DNA of 64,000 bases from Antedon mediterranea (lineage: Eukaryota > Animalia > Echinodermata), in contig NC_092670.1 of NCBI RefSeq assembly GCF_964355755.1, positions 38,676,388-38,740,387 of the forward strand, written 5' to 3'. How positions within the stretch are numbered: position 1 is the stretch's first letter; every line of letters begins with the position of its first letter. A model generated the notes under the pieces. The model worked only from the letters and a program-made list of their open reading frames with translations, was not told the DNA's origin and did not search any database. This document shows, piece after piece, positions 1 through 16,600 of the stretch. Position numbers and translations under genes: made by a program.

Positions 1-815
1 ACTCTAACTTATACTGGACGACTAAGGAGGTACCCTAGTATAATCCCACCAAGTGACTCTCATGAACAATCCGCCGTTTTCTCACAAATACAGTATCAAA
101 TTTCACTATATTTTAAAAATCGTAAATGAGTTACACTCAAAATTTTAAAAATGAGGGCTGAGTAAACGGGACCAGTGGTCCTACTCTAACTTATACTGGG
201 TGACTAATGAGGTACCCTAGTATAATCCCACCAAGTGACTCCCAGGAACAATCCGCCATTTTCTTACAAATACAAGTTCAAATTTAACTATATTTTAAAA
301 ATCGTAATTGAGTTACACTCAGATTTAAAAGATGAGGGCTGAGTAAACGGGACCAGTGGTCCCACTCTAACTTATACTGGACGACTAAGGAGGTACCCTA
401 GTATAATCCCGCCAAGTGATGCCCAGGAACAATCCGCCGTTTTCGCACAGATACAGTTTCAAATTTCACTATATTTTAAAAATCGTAATTGGGTTACATT
501 CAAATTTAAAAGATGAGGGCTGAGTAAACGGGACCAGTGGTCCTACTCTAACTTATACTGGGCGACTAAGGAGGTACCCTAGTATAATCCTACCAAGTGA
601 CTTCCAGGAACAATCCGCCGTTTTCTCACAATTACAATATCAAATTTCACTATATATTAACAATCGTAATTGAGTTATACTGAAATTTAAAAGATGAGGG
701 CTGAGTAAACGGGACCAGTGGTCCAACTCTAACCTATACTGGACGACTAACGAGGTACCCTAGTATAATCCCACCAAGTGAATCCCAGGAACAATCCGCC
801 GTTTTTCTCACAAAT
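1..815. repeat. Tandem satellite, ~181-bp unit, at least 4.5 copies (truncated by the window start)
   Basis: ACTCTAACTTATACTGG recurs at 1, 183, 364, 545 and 726 (the last with one mismatch), with the intervening sequence highly similar. Confidence 0.95.
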
Positions 816-2020
816 ATTTAATTCCTAATACCATAAAAGCCATAAGTAACAATGAAAATGTAAAGAATGCACAAACCGCGTTTCATAGTTATTGTTGGCT
901 GGAAAAAATAAAAGTGGGCTGGCTTATTGTTGGCTGGCTTATTGTTGGCTAGCTTGACACAAGCCTTCTAGGCTTACTCCATAGTTAGCCGCCTGAGGAT
1001 GGGAGAGCCTAGATTACTATTTGACTGTAGGTAGTGTAGACCTAGCTAAGTTACGTGCAACTTCCAACTTATTAAGACTATGGGACATTATAAATATTCT
1101 ACTTTTTAGTGTCTACAATTTAGAAATATTATTGTTTAGAAAACATGCAATGTAATATACTACTACTAACTATTCAACTAGCCTACTGTGTGACGAAACA
1201 AGTGTGAGTAAAACTCATTCATCCATAACCGCAACAACACACTTATGGAACGCCTAGATAAAGAATGAGTCATAAACGTGACTGATTGAGATCTAAGTAT
1301 TATTATCATCATTGAGATCTACGTATTATCATATCATAGAAATAACAAAATATTGTAAACTAAGATAATTCACAAACAAATTCGCAGAAGATACGAGGAA
1401 ACAAGTAAAGCAAGAGAAGAAACGGAAAAAAGAATTGAAAATGAAATTTAGAGAAGCAGAAGAGAAAGATGAAGCGCGCGCATTATTTAGTGAATTATAG
1501 TTATTTATACGTACCTCCATGAGTGAAGTATATTATAAAAGTAAATACATTGTTTTACATAGCAATGAAAGAAAACAAAAATATGTGACCTAATATTTAT
1601 AGTAATAATGAAATAGCAAATATATCCCAGTAATTGTGTCCTATCTGGAAGTTGTTATTTACAACTCTAATTACAACTTTCCTGGTACGATCCTACAGAA
1701 ACTCTTCCCTGGTTGTTATAGTGTTGTTGATGACCACGAACTCAAAATGTGTCAAACATTCACCAATTTTAAATTAATAAACCTAATTCAGGGTACAATA
1801 ATGTAATGGCAATGCACCTTGATCATTTTTGGGTTGGGGATATATTATTGGTATAAACCCGGCCAGGTCTGCATCACACTAGAACGCGCGTGATATAAAT
1901 TTGGCCACGGCACGCCCTTGTGGGTGTATTTAAATTAAAGGATGACAAAAAGATAATGACGTGAGCAAAGGTCTTGTGATTGTGATTCGATCATGGTCGA
2001 GGTCTCAGTCATTGTTAATC

Positions 2021-2036
2021 TATATTGCGCAATATA
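2021..2036. promoter_or_regulatory. Perfect C/EBP-type palindrome upstream of ferritin
   Basis: TATATTGCGCAATATA contains the ATTGCGCAAT consensus, ~250 bp upstream of the TATA box. Confidence 0.4.
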
Positions 2037-2277
2037 TTATTGACATTCCATCATTTGCGACTACCTACCTTCTATCGATTAATTCGACTAGGCCTACGTG
2101 ATTACTTACTAAAATGTTCATTTTGATTGAAAGTGTAATTTTATTTAGTATATATGTATATATAATGTTGAATAAAAAATGAATAAATCGTAATCCATAC
2201 AGAATAATATAATATTTGATGACAAATTTTGCAAGTCATTGAAGGGGTATGTCAAACTGATAGAATAGCCAGAACGG

Positions 2278-2315
2278 TATAAAAGAACGCAATCCCGTGG
2301 TTTTGCAACTCATTG
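2278..2315 (+). promoter_or_regulatory. Ferritin core promoter: TATA box and initiator
   Basis: TATAAAA at 2278-2284 and Inr-like TCATT at 2310-2314, ~32 bp apart, immediately before the IRE. Confidence 0.75.
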
Positions 2316-2323
2316 AAGTGATC

Positions 2324-2357
2324 CTGTTTTTGCTTTCGCAGTGACGAAACGGAACGG
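2324..2357 (+). promoter_or_regulatory. Iron-responsive element (IRE) in the ferritin 5'UTR
   Basis: GTTTT-TGC-TTTCG-CAGTGA-CGAAA-C-GGAAC: CAGUGN loop, 5-bp upper stem, UGC/C bulge typical of ferritin IREs. Confidence 0.95.
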
Positions 2358-2426
2358 CGCTTCTACCCTGCAAAATATTGATATTTTTTATAATTTCATA
2401 ACATTCTAACCAATTCATCGTTAACC

Positions 2427-4047
2427 ATGGCTCAGTCTCTTCCACGACAAAACTATCACTCTGAATCAGAAGCTGCTGTCAACAAGCAAATCAACTTGGA
2501 ACTGTACGCCTCATACGTGTACCTTTCTATGGTGAGTAGAATGGCTTCCCGCGCGCTGCTTTCTTAAGTCTTTCATAGGCCTAGCACACTGTGTGCGAGC
2601 CGAAAACGTCATAAGCACATCCGGGTTACTAAGTCGAGAATGACGTAATGTGCAAAAATTATATAGCGCCGCCAATCGATGTTGGCTACATTACTTTTTT
2701 AGGCTAAGGTGAGGTAGTAAATAGAAACAATATTATAACAGTATCATTATTATCAATTTATTTATCCTTGAATTTAAATCAATTATATTTGAATTACGTA
2801 TGTATGATTTGATTTTTTTAGGCATACCACTTTGACCGGGATGACATTGCTCTGCCAGGTTTCAAACGCTTCTTCAAGAAGAACCACGAAGAAGAGAATG
2901 AGCATGCTCAAAAGTTCATGAAGTTCCAGAACCAACGTGGTGGACGAGTTGTTCTGCAGAACATCTGTGTAAGAATTAAAACATTTTAGAAACAAGATAA
3001 GTTATAAGATTAAGTGTTGCAATGAAAGTCAGTAAAATAGTTCATCAATGTAAAATAATTGAACTACACTCACTATTTGGACATGTATAAATCTCTTCAT
3101 TCCAGTTCATCAATTTGTTTTAAATTTTTTCTTTTACCCCATGATTTAATGCACTTGTCAATTGTATGACTCACTATACGACCCCCGGGAGAGGTGCGTC
3201 ATTTACAAATAATTACCGACGCAGGGGTGCGTCAAAAAACCTAGATGGTACGTCACATCAATGAACAAGGTGTGTCAATGTCCGTCACTTTACCACCCAC
3301 CATATCATAAACAACATGGTCAGTGCGTCAAAATGGGTGCGTCATGGTCACCTAAAGGTAAGTCACCTTTTTGACGCACGGGTGCGTCATGGTATTCAAA
3401 AGTATGACGCACCTCTCCCGGGGGTCGTATAATTGACAAGTGCATAAGCGCCGTCTACACTATTAAACTAGTTTGCCAAAAAAAGTGTGATGTGACCAAA
3501 TATAGTGGTGATATGCCTACATATGGTAGTGATATGACATGTTCATATATGCGCACATCACATTTTTTGTCACAAAGCTTTATATTAATATATTATTTGA
3601 TCTTTGTTAATAGAAACCGGACAAGGATGATTGGGGAAGCTGTTTGGAAGCTATGCAGACTGCTCTCGACTTGGAGAAGAACGTCAACAACTCTCTTCTG
3701 GAGATGCACAACATCGCTGACAAACATGGCGACAAACAGGTACACAAAGTGTTTTACTTGACTGTATCATTTCAGCTTTGAATGTCAATTTTGGTCCTTG
3801 TTTTTGTATAGATTTTAAATAATTTTGTCATTTGTATGAATGCACCATTTATGCAAAAAATGTTTTGCCATAAATTAATCATTTTTTGTTTTTATTTAAG
3901 ATGTGCGACTTCTTGGAGGCAAACTTCTTGACTGAGCAAGTCGAAGCCATTAAAGAGCTGTCTGACTACGTCGCTAATCTGAAGAGAGTTGGCACAGGCC
4001 TTGGAGAGTACATCTTCGACAAGGAAACTCTTGGAGGAGAATCGTAA
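2427..4047 (+). CDS. FTH1: Soma ferritin (H-type), 174 aa, 4 exons: 2427-2531, 2822-2968, 3614-3739, 3901-4047
   Basis: Hand translation [49 protein letters not shown]...EEENEH...[11 protein letters not shown]/...LDLEKNVN.../[20 protein letters not shown]...GLGEYIFDK; ferroxidase-centre residues present; GT-AG phase-0 introns. Confidence 0.97.
3150..3444. mobile_element. PIF/Harbinger-like MITE in ferritin intron 2
   Basis: TIRs TGCACTTGTCAATT...TATACGACCCCCGGGAGAGGTGCGTCAT and their reverse complement; TAA on both flanks. Confidence 0.8.
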
Positions 4048-5285
4048 ACTTGTTATTGATACCATAATAATCAGCTCAAATTATTATACCATTGAGCCAT
4101 ATAGTATAAAAAACGTAGTTGTGCCAACATATAAGCAAGTTTAGTATTCATTACAGTAGTACATATAATCCTGTATAACTAGTACCCGCTCAGTCAAAAC
4201 CATTGAAATGCTTTCAAACTAGAAACTACAATACCGAAGAAAAATAAAATAGCAACATCTTCAAAGAACCATTCTAATAAACCTTGTGCAAAATAATTAA
4301 AAGTTCAGTTAAACTGGTGAATAAAAAGAAAAAAAGATTTTTGCTCTTTCGTGAATTTGTTAATGTACTGTAGTGTAAAAATCAATGTTGTATGCGGTTG
4401 GTTCTAGACAACGGACTCGGAACACAAAATACTGTATAATAACCAACGGACTCGGAACACAAAATATGCAAGCCAACTGCCAACAACAAGGCAATGATTT
4501 TCTGAGAATGTAGAGTGAATTATTTCAGTTCAACTATATTTACATTTTTTTTCATATTTAACTTGTGTCCCTCATAAAAACTGTATTTCAGCAGAACCGG
4601 AAACCACCCTGAATGTGTGTAAAGGTCACATCTGTGTATGATGTTCACCAGCACATCCACTTATTATTTCATATAATTTCTTATACGTTCATACTGTATA
4701 TCTGTCACAGGGACATGAACTTTGTGCAACATCACTCAAATCAGGAAGTCCCTACACGCCTTACAAAATTACATCAACACCAGCATCTTACACTTTCATT
4801 TCAAAGGGGTGTCATAAATGAGGTTTCTTCCCACCATTTAGTGTAGTCTAGTATAGTATACACGTTCTGCAGCCTTATACAACCTCCTTTGTAATTTTAT
4901 TGTAAATCGTCAATATTATATGCAAACTACATATATATATAGAAAATACATAACCAATGTACATTGTAAATATTGAATTTATTGTTACTGCCAACTTTAC
5001 ATGGAACACATACGAGACTGAAAATGAAATCCTGGCTTTCTTATGGATTAAAATCTTTTTAAATGAGGAGTTTATAAATGAAATGCATGTTTAAAATAAT
5101 ATATTTAAATTAAAGTTACATGTACTGTACTCGTTTTTTCTTCTGAAACATTTTCTGTGACTTTTTGTAGAGGACAGCCACTTTCTTAAACATATATTCA
5201 TGAGAGAGTTTATAGAGGTGATGAGGCATGGTCGAATTGCTATGGAGTATGCATCAGTTAAACCTTGGTGGCGGTCTGCCAGACA

Positions 5286-8100
<2,815 letters not shown>

Positions 8101-9291
8101 TTTGATTTTTTGAAGTGATTCTGATAATTAAAATGAATTTTAATACATTTTCAAGGAAAGCACACCAACATTAGGATTGCAGTTACAAAAAGTTTTACTT
8201 ATTTATTTTTTAACAGATGCTATTTGCGAGAAGTTAAATATAAATAGTAGTTAAATTATTTGTAGTTATTGGCATCCTAAATGAGAATTTCATCACTGAA
8301 ATAGTTTTGCGTTTTTGGCTAGGCCTACATTATGTGTAGACATAGAGTAGGTTACAAATTATTTTAATTGGCTGCGTATAACTATATAGCATGCCTTTTT
8401 GCAAACCATAGGCTTCCATTGGTGCAAGAGAGAGAAATGCAAAAGGGTAACAATGCTTACGAAGAGGAACGACGACAGTTGACATGGTAACATTATTTTT
8501 AACGTAGTAGTTCGTAGTAAGTAATGTATAGACAGAAATTTTCTTTTAAAATAAATATTTCCGATGGAATGATATATAAATATTTTAATAATTTAATTGA
8601 GAACGTAATAAATAAATACTGTAGGCCTAGTTACTAAATAAAAAATGCAACACTGGCCATTATATTGGTGAACAGCACTGCATAATATTAACTAAATAAC
8701 AGTGACCAAAATGCATAACACCATGACCCATGTGGAACACCATAATTATATTGTGTGTAGCATGCCTTTGCTAAAATCAAATGGCAAATTTATCCCTATT
8801 ACTACTAGCCTAGGCCTTTTTTAATGCAAGATTGTAGGTATCCTCAATATATAAAGAGAATGGATAGGCTTACTAGAGTCTAGACTACCCTTTCTCTTTA
8901 TGTTAATTGTTGAGGAGTGGCAGAAATGTGGTTAAATTTACAACGAAAAAATAAAAATAGGCCTACAAAATTCTGCTTCCTATTCAATAAGAAATTGAGA
9001 GCGAGACATATGATTATTTTTGTATGAAATATCAATTATTTTTGTGAAACCCAACAGTTTAATCAAATCTTCTGTTCAAGAAAACGGAACAACCGGCATC
9101 TATGTAGTGTATGGTACAGCACAATTTTTCATTAAATTTCAAACATCCAATTGATAAATAACATCATATAACAACATATTGATATGTAAAGTTTGTAATA
9201 GAATACATACAAAATATTATGTCTTAACGATGCAAAGTATTTTTACTGATTTTATACGATTAAACATAAGACAAAGTAAAACACCTCTTAC

Positions 9292-9378
9292 CTTGGTTTT
9301 GCCACGCGAATAAAAAGGCCGATAAAGGACGATCACGTGGTATATATACTGCAAATAGGGTATACTGTAATGACGTCA
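9292..9378 (-). promoter_or_regulatory. EF1-alpha promoter and non-coding exon 1 with 5'TOP motif
   Basis: Minus strand: CRE TGACGTCA (9371-9378), TATATATA (9351-9358), E-box CACGTG (9334-9339), CCTTTTT start (9318-9312), donor AAG|GTAAG at 9292/9291; acceptor CAG at 8121. Confidence 0.8.
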
Positions 9379-10492
9379 TTTATTCATTTCGGAGATCCCT
9401 CCATTCACCGTCGTACCATTGAGCGAGTGTTGTGCAATTCGTACTTAACTCTCGTTGTATTAGTACTTCCGGTATTTCATCATTTAGTGTGAACTGCGCA
9501 AACGTGGACGTCGAGAATATAAAAATTGGAATCAATATTCTAAAATCAATTAAAAGGCATGCCATCTAATTACTTTTATCTCAAATATAGTGGTTGTCTA
9601 AAAAAACATTAAAACAAATTCTATGATGATATTTGAATAGGAGGCCCTTAATTAACATTTTTACTAGCATAAGATGTATTGTACTTCTCATGTTTGGTGA
9701 AAACAAAATGAAAACAAAACTATGATTTCGCTTATGAAAGAGACAATTAAATTAACAGTTAAACTGGAAATTGTTTTAACCAATGATTACGATTTACTAT
9801 TTTTCCCTTTAAATTTATGGTTGTTTTCAATAAAATGTCGACTTGATTTTTCTGACAATGAAAGGAATTAAATGTGTATTTGTTCATATATTTATGGAAT
9901 ATATTGTATGTTGTATTTGATTTTATTTAGAAATAAAAACCTAAATTTTATTTTTTAGTGGTCGGTTTTAATATGTTTACATATTTGATATATATTTGTG
10001 ATATATTATATCACGTACCCGTATCGCGCCTTGGTAACCACTTCACTAATTAATTTACGTCAGTATTTCAATTTTATGCCTTATTTTTCATTTGTATCGC
10101 CGAGAATAAGTTATAATAATATTTGAACCAGCTTGCCTAATGGCAATGATAAGATGTTTGAATTGATTATTGAAATAATTATGTATAATAATAAATATTA
10201 TTAAAAATAATAATTTTCGATATTAGATATCGCATTATATAAATCTATATGCATTTTAAAATTAATAATATAATTTAAGGAGACTTATTTTGTGAATATT
10301 AACGTGTTATTCATAATTTGGAAGGTGTTTACTTATTAAAATGTACGAATCATATTTATATTGTAAAGGAAATTCTGAACTTTTTAAGCTGAAAAACATT
10401 CGACTCAAGCATGGACTTAAATAAATAGATTATTTAGTATATATCATAGCAAAGATCTTTTAGTATAGTTACGTAGGTGGCGCGCTCTCTAG

Positions 10493-10518
10493 ATATAAAA
10501 GTTCAATAGGGAAACCCC
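10493..10518 (+). promoter_or_regulatory. Candidate DENND3 core promoter with TATA-like box and kappaB-type site
   Basis: ATATAAAA at 10493-10500 and GGGAAACCCC at 10509-10518 (fits GGGRNNYYCC), ~140 bp before the ATG. Confidence 0.4.
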
Positions 10519-10657
10519 CTTTTCTCTCTCTTCAGTCGATCATGCGCGACACAATAAACAAATTTAAGCCTTTCTTGGACTTCGGTTTCCAAATTACTTC
10601 TGGGTATCATTATCGTTAGCTAATAACAATTATTAATAGTAATAAAACTTAACAATC

Positions 10658-13600
10658 ATGTCAAGGGCAAACAGTGAAGCTAGTGCTTCAGAAGAAACGG
10701 ATTCGTTCGGTGGGTATCCTAGGCCTAGATTCGAAGAGACGACGAGGAGGTGCAGCTCTTCGCCTCGAAAATTCAAGATGAATTCTACCCCACTAGTTGT
10801 GTCGAAACCGAAGTTACATAACAGCCTAGTTGAGATGTGTGTTCTTGTAGGTGTTGACGAGGACACTGGTTTGAAAATAAAGGATTTTTCACAGGTAGAA
10901 TGAATTGACTAGGTTAACGACATATTCATATTTAAATTTTAAAAACATCGAAATCGAATTCATGTCTAGTCTAGGCCTATGACTAATGTAGGTCATATTA
11001 TGTGTCTAACTCCCATTTTTAATGGCAAACTCATATAAATTCAAATTTGAACCTAAAGGCCTACAATACAATCTAGCTAAGTACTCTAAATGATGTCTTA
11101 ACAAGTTCAGGTATATTAGCAGTGAAGGCACATCATAAAATGTATTCATATTCATTTTTATAGGATCCAGCAATGGACCCATTTGAGTCACTAGATGAAG
11201 TTGGTCCAGTAGACACACAAGTCCTTGCAGTAATAACACCACAGAGTGCGTACTATCCACAGTCAAAGGATATCCAAATAGATCCACGTTACCCTGTGAC
11301 CACAAGTGGCTCGATAACCCCAACAAAATCACCAAAAAAGCTACGAAGAACAAGCTCTAGACATCATATCTTGAGAATGATTTCAAGTAACGGTCAAGCT
11401 ATTCCACAATCCATCAACCATGAGATGGTCAATTCGCTTCCTCCACTTTGTTTTCCAGGTGAAGAATAATTTATTTAAATATACAGTACCACATGTATAT
11501 AATAAACATGTAGTCATTAGAAGAAATTTTGCCTGATGAAAATTAATTAATTTGAAACGATAAAGATGAGGAAATCTGTGAGAATGAGAAAACCCCAACC
11601 AAGATTCAAACTATGTATACCTTAGTATAGTCCTATGAAATTTGTACAAAATGAATGGGTGGGATTATACTCGGATTACATTAACTATTTTTAACCAATG
11701 TTTTATATTCTAAAGGTGGGAATATACCTGAGCATGGAATTATATTTGATCATATAATACAAAAGACTTAGCAATATTAACATTTAATACTATCAATAAA
11801 TGAATGATTTCAGATGAGGCATATGTGATATCACAATCAAAACATCGTATTCAAGAAACAATCCATACCCTTGTTCTGACAAGTATGACAGGGGTGAGGA
11901 CGTACGCTACATGCTTGTCATTTCATGTGCCATACAGTATACAACAGGTAATATTCAATACACTATTATTAAAGTACAAAAAACAAAACAGGATTCAAAC
12001 CTCAAAATTGGGTGACTGGCCTCCTAAAGGGTCTTTCACACCTGTTCCGGCACGCTTTGTCTGCCCATATATGGATATAATAATGTCATATCACTACCAT
12101 ATTTGTGCATATCACTACCATATTTGGGCACATCACACTTTTTTGTCAAACATAGTGTAGACAGAGCTTTAGTGAGTTCCTTAATACTATGGTACTGTAG
12201 TTATTTACATACTGAGTAATTTGAAAATAAATATAATGTTATTTCTCTTCAATCTTTCTCTTTTAGTGTATTAAAGATGTAAGGATGGTATGGTTTGTTT
12301 TTTCCATTAGAATTAAAGATGTATATTGTCCCCCAAAAACATGAAAAATGAAAATTAATAAATCAGACTTTGAATAGGCCATTTTTTAGTATTACCAAAG
12401 TTAGTTCTGTAGAAAAAAAACCTGGAAAAAATAATTTTTTCACTTATAAAATATAACAAAATAAACGGTTAAATTCTACCAAAAACACGCTGCTAGCAGC
12501 CAATTTTACTGGTTTTTTTTGCTTCAAATTATTTTTTAGGTAAATTATTTTTTTCGAACCAATTTTTTGTCAAAGTGAATAACTTTGATATATATTAAAA
12601 TATATCTTTAAATAAAATAATTTAAGATAAATTGTTAATGACATGTATTTTATTAAATAAAGTATTTTTATTTTGTATAAAATAATGTTTCAGAGCAAAT
12701 CAAGAGAACCAGGTTTTTATGACCTAAAACAAGGAACAGACATTTATGAGAAAAATGTGACGACTCGATGGGTTCCTAAATGCATCTGTCTCATAACTCA
12801 AGCACCATACTTTGGCGTAATGAAGAAAATTTTATCAAGGTATATATTTCTTAAATCAATCTGTATGATTAATTTATCTGCATTTCGTACAATCAACATC
12901 TGTTCCTGGTATAGTACTTCACAATCTTTGTTATTATCTTTGTGTCATTGTTTTATATTCTTTAATTGTTGAAAAGGGAAATTCAAAGCTCCTTCCAGAT
13001 GTGTGTGGTGAATGTCTTTGTGAAAGATAAGAAAAATAGAGGTAGAACAATAAACACAGGCTGGGGTTACACATGGGGGTAATTAGAAGTGTGAATCTGT
13101 TTTTTTTTTTGTATGGTAGAAACTTAGCATTAATGTATTGTTAAATCTATTACACAATAATATGGATGAAATTTAGCCATGGAGGAATTCACACATTTGT
13201 GATTTCAAATCATTCAATTAAGCAATAGTATAAATCTATGTCTAAACTATCAAACTAGTTTGAAAAAAGTATGTGATAATTTCACTCTTCCTTGGATGTA
13301 CTCAAATATGGTGGTGATATGACATCATCATGTCCATATATGGGCACATCACATTTTTTGTCACATAACGTTTGATAGTGTAGACAGAGCTTTCATTCTT
13401 TCAAATGACAATGATTTCTTTCACCCTGCAATAATTAAATATAAATTTCTTTTATAAAACAATTATGCTTTCAAAAATTGATAATTAAGAGGAAAAAAAA
13501 AAATAAAAGCATGAAAAAGAATCGCCAAGCCTGTGTGTGGGAGGGACTACTGTAGGGATTAATCTGACGACGACAACACCAGAGATTTAAAAAATAATAA

Positions 13601-16600
13601 TAATACGTCATTGTTATATAGCATTTAATGCTCAAAGCCTACACATGGAGATGGTACACTTTCAAACTTTATGTGACGATAAAAAAATGTGATGTACCAG
13701 GGAAGAGTTAACTATTTCCTGGATGTACAGGTACCTATATATGGACAAGATAATGTCACTTTACTCCATGATCATATCACTACCATATTTAAGCATATCA
13801 CTACCATATTTGGGCAAATGACACTTTTTAAAAAAAACTAGTTTAATAGTGTAGACAGAGCTAAGCGCATCATTATTATAACATCAATATATTATCATGT
13901 TCAATGCTGCAGAAACAATTAAAGGTTGTTTAGTACCATCACATTTTCAAAGAGAAACATAAATAAACCACAACTTCCTGTTTGTTATTGTGATCCCTCC
14001 ATGATAATAATAAACTTACTTTCCCTACTGGTAAATACTAGTATGTCAATTGCATTGATTGATTGATTGGCATTTTTCACAGCAGAACACATTAGGGAAA
14101 ATTTATTTGTCTTAATTTCTGTCTACATTATCAAATGTGACAAAAAATGTGATGTGCCCATATATGGACACAATGGTGTCATCAAACTAGTTTGATAGTG
14201 TAGACAGCTTACAAAATGTGTCAACAATTCTGTCTTGTTGAATAAAATACATGATAAAAAGATTTCAGTCACTCAGAGAGTTGATAATTATGTGTACAAA
14301 AAAAAAGCACACTCAGAATTGTGCTGCATCTGAAATCAAACCATATTTCTTGTACTTATATAAATGATAAAAAAAGAAATTAAAAAGTTAGCCCCTAGTG
14401 AGATTTGAACTCACGACCCCTGGTTTACAAGACCAGTGCTCTAACCCCTGAGCTATAGAGGCATTTGTTGTGGGATATCCTCTGTAATTAGTTTTGATAC
14501 TGAAAGGTGCCGACACCTGTTGTCTGATGTTCAATTGTGATGTCATCGTTATTGATTATGTCATAAAATTGATTTTTGTTAATTTACGGTAGTCATCATG
14601 AACTTATAACTGATGGTTGGTGGTTAACATGTACAAAAGAGAGAAAAAAAAACATGCTTGCTTATAAATTCCAGGGTCCTGGGTCCAAATCCTCTCTACT
14701 ATATTTTATTACTCGACCTTTCCTTAGGTCATATTATTAACATACTTGATAAACTACTTTAGATTAGAATATTATAAGTTATTATATATTAAATTATTAT
14801 AAATTATATTTTGTATAAGGAAATCGATCCATGTATTGATTCTTAAAATATGTATATTTATTACTTTTTAAGTTTTTTTTAAGTAACATTGTAATTATGA
14901 TAATTTAATATTTGTTCTTTTGTATCATAGCCTTCTTCCGGATTTGCAGCAATCAGAGCAACTTCTATTAAAATCCTTAAAAAATATGTTGTATTACGTG
15001 GCCATGGTTCCTATGCCGCCGCCAGGAAACCTATCTGTGGTAAGCGTATTTTAACTCTTTGATTCTTTCGAAAGGGAGTGAATAAAGTTGTAACAGGGGT
15101 CGATTGCTAACACATGATATTGCTAACATATGATATTAATAGTTAGTATCAAAAGTAATTAATAATTTAATTTTAGCTGTCAAATAAAGGGGAGCGCGCC
15201 CCTAGAGATACCCCCTGGATCAATCCCTGTTTGACCTGTTCCTTAAACTGTTGAAATCAAAGAAAAAGACACAAAGTGTTGCTAATATGTCTGAAACCTA
15301 TTACAATTTTAGAGGCACCTACAAGTACATTTTTTAAAAAAACATGAAAAATGAAGAATAATAAAAACAGACCATTTTGCAGTTTTAAGAAAGTTATTCA
15401 CTTTAGAAAAACCAAAAACAAACTAGATTTGAACTCGTCACTACGGACGAGTTAGGTTATCCGCAGCGCAATGACCACGTGCACGTCATACGTTAAAATA
15501 TTGCGCGCAGAAAAACGATTAAGTCATTGAAACAATTTCAGTGTGCTCTCTATTTTTCGTCACGTCTGAGTATATACGGTATACACTACATACTGTATAC
15601 GTACTACATACAGTGCAGAATAGGTGAAAATAAGTGACCAAAGTTATTGACGCTTTTGAACATGATGACGTCATTAAAATTTTGAAAATGGTGAATCGTG
15701 CGAAAGGTAATTGATAGACCTAGACAACATAAAAAAATGGGGGGAAATGGAATACAAATAAGTGGAGATGCGCTATATTAAATGTGACGAGCTACGAGGA
15801 AAGAGACAAAAATCCTATATTTTATATTCGAGTGGTCATACGATGACGTCAGAATGTCCGGTTAGCCATATTGATGCATTATTTGATATCTGCAACTCAT
15901 CTACTACCAGAATATGTAATTATAAAAAAGTTCACCACGTAGTTTAGAATCTATGACTGTTTAAAAAAAGACATAATTTTGACAAATTTTTGAACTTTTT
16001 CATCAAAAATGCGCGTAAATTGTTTAATTCTACGTGCTCGTATGACGTGATTTTAAGTCGAAATTGTTTGAAAGCTGGTAAATTTTCTAAAAAAGACAGG
16101 AAAAACAAAAATCAATCAAAAAAATGATGTTTTTGCCCTACGTGCGCACGTGCGCGTAAAAAAATTGCGCACGCGTGGGAATTTTTGAAATGCTCAAAAT
16201 GACATGAAACGCGTAGAAAGTTGATTAGATATTAATTTTTCGCATTTTGAAATTTTAAATACGCGTGCGCGCGTAACTTTTTATGAAACATGCCATTTTT
16301 AATCCATAGAAACTTTGCGCATTATATGACTTAAATGTTCACCAAGTTTCAATACAAAACGATTTTTAGTTTTTATTCTATGATCAATCATTGAAATTCA
16401 CAAAATTGCGCGTAACTTACGCTGCGCGACTCGAAATTTGAAAAAAAAAGTTTCTTGCACATCTACAGCTACAGGGCAATCTTTTGACAAAGTTATACAA
16501 TCATATGTTGGCCAGAATTAGAGATACGCTGCGCACAAAAAATGGGGGAGAAGGATGTAAGGAAAGAAATAAATACTAGATTTGAACTCGTCACTACGGA

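Noticed and set aside
1329-1520. 63-aa minus-strand ORF over a purine-rich tract
   Set aside because: Low complexity, no recognisable domain or splice context
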